From the NCBI GenBank assembly GCA_040289505.1, contig PSLH01000003.1, forward strand, positions 1 through 51,873: 51,873 bases of DNA. The letters are read 5' to 3'. The position numbers and the translations under genes are program-made. Position 1 is the stretch's first letter; each line of letters begins with the position of its first letter. Of this stretch, positions 51,695 through 51,873 are shown one piece after another. Origin of the DNA: Thermoleophilia bacterium (GTDB taxonomy: Bacteria > Actinomycetota > Thermoleophilia > Gaiellales > Gaiellaceae). A model generated the notes under the pieces. It ran no database searches. It had not been told where the DNA came from and worked only from the letters and a program-made list of their open reading frames with translations.

Positions 51695-51873
51695 GGTCCA
51701 GATCGGCCCTGTTCTCAGATCGCCAACCGGGCAGGAGGTGCCGCCGGACAACGAGCTTAGCCTCCGCCTCGCCCCCCTCCCGGAAGCGGCAGACTGCCTG
51801 GACCGCGCGTGCCGGCTGCTCGACGTGACGGCGCACGCGCCCAAGGGGCGGGGCTCCCGCCAGCCGGGCCGCA

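Noticed and set aside
51435-51873. Minus-strand ORFs (51435..51836, 51518..51844) at the right edge
   Set aside because: Both overlap the thioesterase gene by 180-260 nt and have shadow-like composition. A real gene may enter from beyond the right edge. The part visible after 51695 is too short to call.
1-51873. CRISPR arrays, insertion sequences, prophage or defence-system genes
   Set aside because: I scanned for regularly spaced short repeats, transposase/integrase-like ORFs outside the Xer pair, and nuclease/ATPase/helicase clusters. None was found. The only repeats are the three tandem duplications reported.

Overview
Very GC-rich, densely packed chromosomal segment of about 60 genes, almost entirely core housekeeping and central carbon metabolism. 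I found no CRISPR array, transposase, prophage or recognisable defence island.

Gene content, left to right:
- mutY (partial), a holin-like membrane protein, rpiA/rpe/zwf and an MscS channel.
- A Bacillus-type block: gltX-like, cysS, rlmB, yacP, sigH.
- A large secreted protein of unknown function, tRNA-Thr, a Cys/Met PLP enzyme, and a DUF2182/DUF1326 pair.
- Acyl-CoA carboxylase genes (pccB and accA) interleaved with a GT2 glycosyltransferase and pgsA.
- sucC, a methyltransferase, sucD, an aminotransferase, a YlbL-like protease and an SDR.
- mdh-icd divergent from citrate synthase, then a HEAT-repeat protein.
- Two Xer-family recombinases flanking a DUF1461-like membrane protein, a GNAT and pckA.
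- A non-classical succinate dehydrogenase/fumarate reductase operon: sdhA, a signal-peptide protein, sdhB and an HdrB-like CCG subunit.
- A metallophosphoesterase, Asp23, asd-lysC, then recR, cupin, SDR, ybaB, dnaX and a large SRP RNA.
- A CBS protein, tRNA-Val, and a fabG/MaoC-dehydratase/thioesterase cluster.

The Bacillus-like synteny, a SigH-type sigma factor and a long Alu-domain SRP RNA suggest a high-GC Firmicute-like lineage. This is inference.

Most notable observations:
1. A perfect 1,811-bp tandem duplication inside the sdh operon. It leaves a truncated sdhB copy and a 3' sdhA fragment and duplicates the embedded signal-peptide gene.
2. Unrelated genes translationally coupled inside two normally contiguous operons: a SAM-methyltransferase between sucC and sucD, and a secreted protein between sdhA and sdhB.
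3. A minimised, roughly 333-aa GluRS-like protein at the gltX position.
4. A DUF1326 gene with an in-frame TAG, plus two further small tandem duplications nearby.
5. A 462-bp gap after sucD that I could not assign.

I do not see convincing evidence for a wholly new multi-gene system. The findings are local anomalies in an otherwise ordinary core region.
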